DNA of 53,648 nt from Trichinella spiralis. Its lineage: Eukaryota. A program made the position numbers and the translations under genes. The stretch is taken from NCBI RefSeq assembly GCF_000181795.1, contig NW_003526948.1, positions 711,935 to 765,582 of the forward strand. The letters run 5' to 3'. How positions within the stretch are numbered: the first letter of the stretch is position 1; the number at the start of each line of letters is the position of its first letter. The notes beneath the pieces were generated by a model. The model did no database searches. It worked only from the letters and a program-made list of their open reading frames with translations, and was not told the origin of the DNA. Below are positions 1-10,691 of this stretch, piece by piece.

Positions 1-34
1 CAAATTTCATTAACACGTAAATAATTTTATTTAC

Positions 35-282
35 TTCTTGCTCTACATAATACCGCCAAAAACGACCACACACTGGAAAATTTTCCACAAGTCGCTCAAA
101 AAAAGGACGGCTTTCTGCAATTGGTTTTTTCTACAAAAACGTTAATGTATGTGAAGAACAAGATGAAGAGCATTCAACTTATAAACCAAATGTTCTCGCA
201 GAAGCATGTACCATGCTTCAATATCATATGCATCCCCTTTTACACGACTTTCTGGACTAATCTGCATGATGACACCTGCCAT
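35..282 (-). CDS. CSTF3: Cleavage stimulation factor 77 kDa subunit (suppressor of forked, HAT repeats); first two coding exons, gene runs off the window start
   Basis: Exons 282-187 (MAGVIMQISPESRVKGDAYDIEAWYMLLREHL) and 130-35 (KKPIAESRPFFERLVENFPVCGRFWRYYVEQE) are joined by a 56-nt GT-AG intron. This matches the CstF-77 N-terminal pattern YDLDAW..L.RE...P....R..YERLV..FP..GRFW..Y.E.E. Not in the ORF track. Confidence 0.88.
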
Positions 283-1794
283 TGATAACCTACAAAAATC
301 ATATTAACACTAAAAATAATGTTCTCACTTATGAACTCAAGCTATTTTGATTTAACATTCAAATATTAAAAAATTTATAAACCTTTAAGTTGCAAACTGA
401 TCGATTAAAAGATACTAGTAAATGTCGCAAAGTTTAAATATGATAGATAACTTCAATTAACAAAGTTTAAAAAACTACACCTAAATCGTAGCAAATTCTT
501 TAGAGTTATGCTATTTACTTCCTAAAAAATTAGGATGAAACATATAAAATGCATAGATGATAAATCTACAATAACACATTTAACATTTTCAATAGCAGTG
601 GTTCATAAATATATACCTTTCAAAAACAATGAAATTTCTGTATGCCGAGTTCTTCAACTGAATATTTAAAACTCAGATCGGATCATGAAAAACTAAATCT
701 TTGCTTACACTTAAAAATGATCGTGTTCAACAAAAATTCAAAAAAAAACTAATTTTTATTTGTTAATATTTCGAGACATAAATACAGTAAGCTAACATGT
801 AATTAAGTATTATTCCATTTGATCTTATTATAATTTTTATTTATAAATTAATTCAGTTTTCAGTTTAATAGTTTTTTCATATTTATGATGTGTCTACAAA
901 CCAATTTCCAATTTTGATATTCAATTTCAAGTATGAGTGTTACCAGCTTAGATTTTAAGAAAAATAGAACATCAGGTTTTATTAGTAAATTTTAAAAAAA
1001 TATCAAGTTAAAAAAGCAGTTAATTATTCATTTCGTTTTATTCATCAGTTATTTAATAATGAAGTTATCAATCAGGCAAGACTGGCAGAACACACTATTA
1101 CAGATAAGCATTTGAATTGTAATCCTAGTAATTGAAATACGGCTTTGTTATTTCTTCATTTCAAATTTTTATATGCTTTTAGAAAAATCTGAATTTTTAA
1201 TCGTCTTTTCGTAACTGCGTTTCTGGATTTGTAGTAGAGATTAAAAACCGATTTTCAGTGTAAAACAGCTTTCTCTTCGAATGGATAATAGCTCTTTTGA
1301 AAATTTGCTAGAACAACTACTCGGCACCTTATAATCACTGAATTTTTCTAACAGAAAAATACAGAAAGAATAAGGATGTGCATGCATAAGATTAGGACTA
1401 CAGTATACTTTTAATACCAAGTTACATCAGAACTGACAGGAATATTAACCGTTTCTTTAAGTAGTATGCATATCTGCAAACGTAAAAAACTAAATAAAAA
1501 TTTCTTACAACAATATACAAAAAATTTTATTTTATATCATTTCTTTTCTTCAAATGAATCGTTTCAGGTCCTCCAAATTGGGATGTTTAAAACTATCATA
1601 AAATTTATATTGCGTATAAGTGACCATAAAAATATTTTACTTTTTATTTTTATCGGAATTTTTTAATCATATAAACCATTTATCATTTTATATAATAAAA
1701 ATATGTTGACACCAAATCTATTCAAGTAAGCTTTCAATATTCCATTTTATTTCATATTCAAAAAATTTCCATTTTTATTCTTCAATAGTCTTCT

Positions 1795-3577
1795 TTACTT
1801 TTTCTTAGGCTTCAATGCAACTTGCTCCACACTGGTGAAAAAATCATCATCAGCCAAATTCAGCATTAAACTCCCAGTATTCAAATAGGCACGGTTAGCT
1901 GACTGAGCAAGCTAAAATAAAGCATTATTTTCCATTATTTATATCTACACTTTAGAAAAAAAATTCTCACCGTTCGTGCAATGTTCTGTGCAGCTCTTAT
2001 TTTTCTCAATTTCAAATATCCGGGATCCTTCCCTAGCGCTTCACCAATCTATCATACAAACAGAATATTTACATATATTTAAATTACACACACTTAAATT
2101 TATAAATCTTTCAATGTATGGGATCTCAGATTACTAAAGATGAAAATCATTTCTCAATTTCTGTTAACTTTGTTTTCGTTGAATGTCAGCGCAGGAATGG
2201 TTACAGATAAGACTGTGTGATAAAAAGCGCTTCATTATGTCAGTCTGATTTTACAGCGAACAAGAACTCTTCTCACTCCGCCAAGATTTCAGACTTTGTA
2301 AAATATTATTATACTTTCAACGCTCATAGAAAATTTTTCGTCACAGACCACAACAATCACGTAAATATTGCATGAGAAAAAAACATACAAAGATTTTAGA
2401 ATACAAAGAACTGCATACCAATTTCGCTGCTTGAGCTTCTCCTTGAGCTTGCACAATTTTCTGCTGCCTTTCTTGCTTGGAACGTTCAACGACAAATGCC
2501 GCTCTTTGCGCTTCTTGCGCAGCTACTTGTTTCGCTTCAACAGCTTGAGTATATTCACGTCCAAAAGACAGTTCTGTAATTGAAACATCGTCGAGAATGA
2601 TGTGAAAATCTCTCGCTCTTTCCACAAGTTGCTTTCGAATTAACAAAGATACTTGCTGACGCTGAGTGATCAACTGTGAAGCGTTGAACTTCGCCACAAC
2701 ACTCTTTAAAACCTAAATTATGAAATAATAGTACACAGTTATTAAGCATTGTATGCAAAATTAATATATCGCATTAGCAAAATAAACAAAATCATATTAA
2801 CTAATCAATAAATATCATTTATATTAATTTTATTTAAATAAAAAAATTACTTCATTGATGATAGATGGTAGAACTCTTTCATCCCAATCGACACCCAGTG
2901 TTCGGTATATTTTCGGTAAATATGCCGCGTCTGGTCGTGATAAAACGCGCAAAGAAATATTCACCATTTGCAAATCTAAATAACCATTTATGCCGAAAAT
3001 TGAATTATTAATAAAACTATTTTCACGCCTACGGCTCACAGCCCACGCATTCACACTACACCTAATATAATCACATTTTTATTAAGGAAATGAAAATATT
3101 CGTTCATTAAAAATAATGTTATTATATTTTAACACGATCGATAACACAATCAACTTATTGCTAAAGTATATTCCAGCTTATAATATAATCATAATAAAGT
3201 TATATTTATATGGTATAACATCTAGCATACCCTTGCTGCCAGTTGGACTGGTGACTTTATGTGGTCTGGCGCGTACATCGTAGATAATTGGATAGTGCAA
3301 CCAAGGAATTCGAAAATGAAGTCCTTCAGTAAAAATTTCTTTCCCAACACCGGAAATTCGACTGAAAACAATTGCTCTGTGTCCACCATCAACTTAAAGT
3401 TATACGATATATGATTAAGCTTCATGTTAAATTTATGATTTTAATTTTACCTGTGTAAAAACTTTGAGACAATGCGTAAGTTAAGCCAGTGGCACCTGCC
3501 AAAAGTCCAATACCGGCTGACAAACCTTTTGGGTTTCGTAACATTCGGCTCATTAAGTCCATTACTTTATCTGCCAT
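1795..3577 (-). CDS. PHB2: Prohibitin-2 (SPFH domain), 6 exons
   Basis: Exons 3577-3451, 3392-3231, 2975-2851, 2712-2419, 2048-1971 and 1911-1795, all with GT-AG introns. Motifs [57 protein letters not shown] and [34 protein letters not shown]. Confidence 0.95.
2121..2349 (-). ncRNA. Intronic composite box C/D-H/ACA small Cajal-body RNA (U85/U89-like), predicted guide for U5 snRNA Cm45 and Psi46
   Basis: On the minus strand: C box GTGACGA (2344-2338); hairpin GTCTGA/TCAGAC with pocket AATCTT + GTAAAA and TGAG in the apical part (2294-2243); H box ACATAA (2240-2235); second hairpin AGCGC/GCGCT then ACA (2186-2184); guide ATCTTTAGTAA (2141-2131); D box CTGA (2129-2126); short terminal stem GGTC/GATC. 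Confidence 0.88.
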
Positions 3578-4246
3578 TTATTAAAAACTGGACGTGCTCT
3601 TGAAACAAAAGCCAAAATCCTTAAGAACAGCGTGTTAACTATCGCCAATAATGATTCTTAGGTATGAACATACAGTAATCATAAATACATTATTAAGTTA
3701 GTCATAACTAGGAATAAGTACCGCGTGAAACCACTTTTCATTTATTTTTTATTTTAAATGTAGTATTTAATGTGTTATAATGTGATTCAAATATCGAAAT
3801 TGTAATTATTTTGATATTACATATTCGTCAAAACTGTCTTTTTGACTTTTTTGATGCCAAAAATTTTCTTAATATGTATAAATAAGCTATTTAAGTTCGT
3901 TTTTGGGCAATTACAACAATAATACCCAAAAGTCGTTCACAAATTTTCAAAATCTTGGCAGCATGGAAATCATGCAGTTGCTATCACTAATCGTGATACA
4001 CCAGAAAAAATACAGAATTTTCGTTTTTGTTTAATTTTTATTTATTTTTAAATAGAAATACATTTCTTCTCCAAATCTAAATATACTGTACAAATTAAAG
4101 ATATGCATGTACAGTTAAATGATGACGCACATCTTGTTCATTGGTTTTTGATTTTTAATTCTTATTAGGACCGCTTTAGCAGCATTTTGTAATTGCTATT
4201 TTATTCAGTTTTGCATCTGTCTGTACGGTTGAAAAGTGGAGGCATA

Positions 4247-5639
4247 ATGGCAGAGAATGATTTTTCTCGATGGTATAGAAGCGTTCCAGAAATTACACGA
4301 TATTGGTTTTCTGGAACCGTTGTTTTGCCAATGTTGGTTCGTTTTCGACTTCTTGACTCATATTGGCTTTTCCTGGACTATGATCTAGTTTTTCATAAGC
4401 TTCAGGTTCACTTAGAATTATACTTATTTTCGCCTATTTCATCATTTTATTTTTCAGATATGGCGCATAGTTACTGCGCTATTTTATTATCCTATTACAC
4501 CTCAAACTGGATTCCAGTATTTGATTTTGCTCTACTTTTTATACAGCTACTCTCTGAAATTAGAAACGGGTAATTTTTTAATTTTTGCACTATTGTGATT
4601 CACGATTTACTAAATATGTTTTGGTTTAGATGCATTTCGAGATAAGAAAGCCGATTATCTGTTCATGTTGATATTTAATTGGTTATCTGCTACTGTAAGC
4701 AATTTATATCGTATATTTTAGTGGTTTTACCGTTTCGCTAATTGTTTTTTACTTTAACTTTTGATAAAATTACATAAGACAGAGCAGGAATGTTTGCTAT
4801 TTTATGTCATCTTATTGTGTTTAGGTTATTGCTTTCTTTTGCAACATACCTATTCTTCCGGAACCTATGATACTGAGCATTTTGTATGTTTGGTGTCAGT
4901 TGAATAAAGATATGATCGTTCCGTTCTGGTTTGGTACCTATTTCAAAGCACTTTATCTTCCTTGGGCTCTGATGTTTTTCAACATGATACTTCGTGGAGG
5001 GTAATTATCATCTATAATATATATATATATATACATTTCTTTTTTCTTCTTTCAGAGGATTCAACGAGCTTGTTGGAATCCTGGTTGGACACCTTTACTT
5101 CTTTCTGGCTATCAAATATCCTCAAGAATTTGGAGGAAGATCGTTTTTGCAGACGCCGAAATTTTTGTAAGCAAAATTCAGTGACTAATAGTTGAATCAT
5201 AAGTTGATTTTGATATGATTCTTTGATAAGATTACTGTAGCGTTTGATAAAGGAATGCAAGTAACTATTTTCATAACACCTACTGTTACTACTGTAACAT
5301 TTTAGTGTTAATATTTTAATGTTTAATTTAAAAGATTGTTTTCAAGTTAATATGTTCATTATTTAAGTTAGTCATTTATGGGTGTTATTTTAACATGCAA
5401 GCGGATGAATAATAAATCGCTGAATAAATATTAGATGGAGTTGAATAATTTTTTTAAGAACTGAAGTTTGACGTTCAGTTGAATTGCGTGCTGATATGAA
5501 TTGGTAACTTTTCAGGGAGCGCTTATTTCCATCTCGTCAAGGTTTTCGTGCATTCGGTCAAAATGGCGGAGTGAGAGGCAGAAATGACAGTTCAGATCAA
5601 CATCGTTGGGGCCGCGGTTATGCTGTTGGCGGAAATTGA
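4247..5639 (+). CDS. DERL1: Derlin-1 (ERAD rhomboid pseudoprotease), about 6 exons
   Basis: MAENDFSRWYRSVPEITRYWF..., QIWRIVTA, FLYSYSLKLETDAF...ADYLFMLIFNW, LYVWCQLNKDMIVPFWFGTYFKALYLPWAL, LVGILVGHLYFFLAIKYPQEFGG. The C-terminus HRWGRGYAVGGN* resembles the SHP box. Confidence 0.92.
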
Positions 5640-5781
5640 ACAGTGGTCATTAACAGTTCTTTTGTTAAATAAAGCCCATAAAATATTAGCATAGAATGGC
5701 AACATTTAGGGTGTTAGCTTGTTCAATTGAATAAAGTGATTGAGAAACATGTTGTGTTCAGCTTGTTTATTTTCTTTTTGA

Positions 5782-7657
5782 TTACCAGTAAATGCTCCAA
5801 TAAACAGCATTAAACGAACAGAAGAGTAACGGGAATAAATACCTGGAAATAATATCAATTTGATCTGCCCGAGAGCTGATTCTGAGAAAGAAATTCCAAG
5901 ATGACAAATTCAATTTTACCCGTCTTCGTTTCTGCCGTTCATTATTGGTCATGTCGACTAATTCCAAGACAGATGTATCTTTTTCTTCTTTAAAATCCAT
6001 CGATGGTGATAATCCGATTTCTTCACTCTGTTTCGATAATGATGATCGTTTTCTTCTTCTCGGATAACTTTCCTAAATGAGCATATTTTAATTTTTTTAA
6101 TGTAAATATACAGTTGCTTTTTTTGCCTACGTAAAGTTCATCTTGATTTGCATAGATTGGTCTGTCATACTGATCTGTTGAAAAATTGGCCGATTCTATT
6201 TGGCTTTCGTTTGCTTTGATTTCTGCAATTTTGAATTGTTCGCGTAAGCCAGCGTAATTAACAAACGCATATTCTATTAATGAACCGAATATGAACATTA
6301 TGCATGCACCAATCCAAACGTCCAAAGCTTTGGCATAAGACACTGGTGGTAATTTAGCATTTATTGCTGAAACGAAATATCATCCAGAAATGTAATTTTT
6401 TTTAGAAAAAAAAGAAATAAAACCAATTTACCATAACTATGCGTAATCATTGTCAACAATGTTATGATGGAAAGCGGCACTCTGCCTGCAGCTGCTCTCC
6501 AATCAATCCAATAAGATACCCACGAAACTGCTACAAGCAAGCTAGAAGGTATGTACAATTGAAGAAGAAAAAATGAAAACAATCTTCTCAAATGAAGCTC
6601 CACTCGAAGGCAAGTGTATGTCCCTTAAAAATATAGGCATTTTTTAAATGAATGAAACAACTTAGTTGCGTCCAATTATTTACCAGTGGCAGTTTTGCTT
6701 GTGCATGACGCATTCTTGAATGATGTAATAATAAAATTTGATAATTCACTTTCCGCCCACGGGGAAATTTTTAAAGGATTCAAACTCCAAGCATAATCCA
6801 CATCAGCGTCCGTATAAGCATCTGAAATAAAACACCAGTGATAAAAATGAAACCACGTGCTAAACATGGGATAATAATGGTTGATTAAAAATTGTTTCAA
6901 CTGCATGCACACTCCAGTTGGAACTTACAGCTCGAGAAATCCATGTTACACGTTTGTTCATCCATGGGATATTTTTCAAGTTGCATAGCGCAGGCGAACG
7001 TCATCGTTAGCCTAGAAACAAACAACTTGTTGTTAAGTGGTCTTTTGAACACAAATTTTTCACATAAAAATAAAACGACAACCTCCTGTTGTATACCACC
7101 GTGCCGTCAGCGCGTATTTTTACATAAAAATTTGGCTGATCCAAAGTATGATAAGTGCCGCGCTTTTCATTTTGAAAAAATGTATCCGGAATCCAGACAT
7201 TTTGATCTTTGGATAAATAGATGAATTCATCTTTCGAAAAATAGGGATCTTTGAATGTCAATCGTTTATCTATCCATTCTTGCTGAAATTTGAACTGCAC
7301 TTTATATTCCTAAACAGTATGGACGTTGGAAAAAGTCATAAAAAAAGGTGATAAATATTTTGTCGTTTATTTAAAAAATTTTAATTTTTCCCATTTTTTT
7401 TCATACCATGTTGAATTCGTCTATTGCACTTAATCCAGTGATGTGAATACTTGTCATAACTAATACCGGCTCGTGGGGACTTGCTGGTCGTAAATTTGAT
7501 GAATAATTTAATAGAAGATTTTTCACCAGTCGTTGTTCCCTCCACGAACGATAGTTTGTCTTATTGTCAGATCGTCTGAAATTACAATAATTGTTGAATT
7601 AAATCAAATTAAATTTCATTACACGTGATGTAGCAATTTTTGCAGAAAAAATCTCAT
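5782..7657 (-). CDS. Cys-loop ligand-gated anion channel subunit, GluCl-like; 5' end and signal peptide uncertain
   Basis: Spliced exons give [11 protein letters not shown], the Cys-loop [17 protein letters not shown]1 [23 protein letters not shown]2 [38 protein letters not shown] and TM4 [21 protein letters not shown]. Confident from 5782 to 7575. The ATG at 7657 is tentative. Confidence 0.85.
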
Positions 7658-10245
7658 CGCTCTTCTGGGTGAAAATTAAATCTTTTGAAAATATATACAA
7701 AATCATATTTCATATAGGAAAAGTTTGAAAATGCTTATTATTCTATTCAATATAAATTCCATTTAAATATATTTTCTTTAATTGATCGTTTCGAATTGAA
7801 CCAAATTTACACTTCGTATAAAATGTCAACGCTTTTGTATGAATGGAGCACATTTGAAAATGTTAAGCCATTTGAAGTGGCTGTTGAAAAAATTCAAGCC
7901 CAAAGTGGAAGATTTTATTTTTGAAAAGAAAACATTTCATGCTTATTTTTCAAGCATGATGCAGTTGTTGAGAAATTTTTAAAAATTTATATAGAAAACC
8001 CAATATAGAGTATATGGAAGAAAAGAATATTTGAAGGGGCAAAAATAAATCGTAATCTGAGAAAACCGGTTCTATCCATTTGCATTTATTTTCATCAAAA
8101 TTATCCTCATCATCGATGTTTTTTTGTCTACACAATTGCGCGTTGTCTAGTTTCTCTTCTGTTACAAATATTCTTTGAAATTTAACAAAAATACTTTAAC
8201 AAAATATTTTACACATTTACAAGAAATATGCAAAAAAAAACAAAACAAAAATAACATGATTTCCAAAACTATTTATTACACAAACAGAGCCACGTTTACA
8301 CTACTGCTGTTACTTTTCCAAGAATGTTTACATTTCACTCTTAACTCATATTATTGTTCCAATCGATATTCTTAATGTCTTGAAATTTCATTTCATTTCT
8401 CTGCATTTGACTTACATTCTGTTTATTATTCACCTTGATTACAGTAATCTTTATATTATCATTATTATCTATTTATTTCAAATCAACGGTTGTGAATCAA
8501 TTCAAAAAAATTTATAAATAAATATATATATTTTTTTAATTGTTACTTATAATAATAAAATGTGAATTTATAAAAGAATAGGGGAGGATCAATTCGGCTA
8601 AAAAGGAAAACGCAATTTCTTTTAATTTACTTATACTTCATTACAATATCCTATGGACAACAATAGTAACATTTGACCACATTTCTAAATATCGAATAAC
8701 TAAATGATTTGATTTGATAAAGTGACATCAGTTTTTATTATTTTATAATAAAATAAAGAAAAAAAAATATATATAATGTAATTCTTTTGAAATGTCCTAA
8801 TATTGTTTAATTTTAATGAAATTTCTTTCACTGCTAAGAATTTGAAAGTATAAACTGTAAACGAAAGAATTATGCAGCGTAATGAAACTTTTTTACCTTG
8901 CAAAATCTTCTTCTAATTCAGCCAACCAAATTGGGTAGTAGTGATTAGCAAAAACCCAGCAACAACAATATGCATAAAACAGTACTATAGAATATGGAAA
9001 AGTAGTTCTCATTTTTGCTTCTTCCCTTGCTGAGCTAAGTGATGCAGATTAGCTTCATGTGCCAACAAGCCGCAACTGGATGGACGCTGTGCTCGTTACA
9101 CGGCAAAGAACAGCCGCGAAATTGGCAGATGCTTGTTATGCTCTATTGCAAATCTGAACCAGTCTAGTTGAGGATTCTTTCTGATGTTAATGACGTCATT
9201 TGGCCGATAATGCGCTTCGCTGATCAAGCAGTCAAACTAATTCTCGAGTCCATCTTTTCCTTGATTTCATCGATCAAGAATTGGCTAAGATCCTTTCCGT
9301 GCGATTCAACGAAATTGCAATACATTGTTATTCTTGTTATTATTATTATTCACATGCTTCACTTATTGTTGTTCACAGATGAGCTATTCAACTTTTTATT
9401 TCTGTTTTTTTTTCAATCTTTTAATAAAGATCACATATCCAGTAAACATGCAAATGTTCTTTCCCATACAAACTTTACAAAATGATATTCACTCGTCGTG
9501 CAACTAATAATTCCATTCAGTTCAGCTAAGCTAATTAGCTCTTCTTCATCACTGATGAATCTTCATCTTGTATTTGTTACTCATCTATTGCAAATAATAG
9601 TTGATCGTTCAAAATATGCAAAAACATGCATTTCAAATTCCAATTCTTCATTGTACTTGACAATATTAACTGTACTATTTTGCATATCATATATTTTATC
9701 CTTAATTTATAAAATTATAAATTTCAATGAACAACTGCAAGTTATTCCAGTTGAATTTATGAATGCGCATCACTTTTGATCTATCGTAAATTTGCAAGAT
9801 GAACAAAGTGAACAGCAACAGTTTGTTTAGAAATTATGTATAACAAGCAACCGTACTGTGTCAATGTTTGAATATGTGATGGGCAGTGCATATTCCTTGA
9901 AAACTTTTATTGGTTACCAATTTTAACAAATTTACTTGAAATTTCATTTAATTCATTTTTTTAGTTTGTAAACTTCATTTTCATTATTTGAAATAAACTT
10001 CTTTTTATCATACCTAATTATCCTAAACGTTCGCGACTTTTATCAGTACTGTAAACTACTGAGGTATTGTAACATTAATTTTCATGCCGTATTATGCGTG
10101 TGTGTGTGTACTGTAAAGTTGCAAGTGACAAAAAAAGACAAGTATATTTGTTTATCAATGAACTTTCCATTGACTAAACAAATTCATGTAGTGTACTTGA
10201 TGCGCGTGGACTGTTGTAACTCTAACCAGCGATAGCTAATTGGCA

Positions 10246-10488
10246 CATCTGGCCCAAAGTAGCCAAAATGCGGTGCCAGTTGAGTGCAGCTGTTGCACCT
10301 TCAGTTTGTCTGGGTCGATAATGGTGCCGGTGTAATCGACCAACCATTGACGTAACTGAATTGCAGATGATGAACAAGAACAGACGTCAGCTGGTCAGTG
10401 GGAGAAAAGTAAAGATGGCCTGATTCGACCGGTCACTTATGTCGAAACAGCTGCATTGGTTTAGCTTGGTCATCTTTGTCCCCACCTG
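10246..10488. promoter_or_regulatory. GC-richer island with 7 E-boxes; candidate distal enhancer
   Basis: CATCTG 10246, CAGTTG 10277, CAGCTG 10287, CAGATG 10364, CAGCTG 10388, CAGCTG 10448, CACCTG 10483. No recognisable coding signal. Confidence 0.5.
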
Positions 10489-10610
10489 ACGCACATTTAG
10501 CTTATTTCACTAAGTGGATGAAGCTGGTTGCGTAAACTGCAGTCACCAGACAACATTCTTTTTTTTACTTCTGTGCTAACTGATCTTTCTATTTACATGC
10601 TTTAGTGAAC

Positions 10611-10613
<3 letters not shown>

Positions 10614-10688
<75 letters not shown>
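10614..10688. repeat. (CA)n microsatellite, about 37 units
   Basis: Perfect CA run. Confidence 0.98.

Positions 10689-10691
<3 letters not shown>

Noticed and set aside
1072..1159. Possible C/D snoRNA on the minus strand (ATGAAGA...CTGA) and a miR-31/72-like AGGCAAGA on the plus strand
   Set aside because: Imperfect C box, no terminal stem and no identifiable target. No complementary arm for a pre-miRNA.
1180..1620. Possible small gene between PHB2 and CstF-77 (acceptor-like sites on the minus strand)
   Set aside because: All frames close quickly and I could not build a coherent spliced protein.
7950..9780. Short ORFs upstream of the channel gene
   Set aside because: No recognisable protein or consistent exon chain. 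The region may hide the channel's true first exon, but I cannot support a call.
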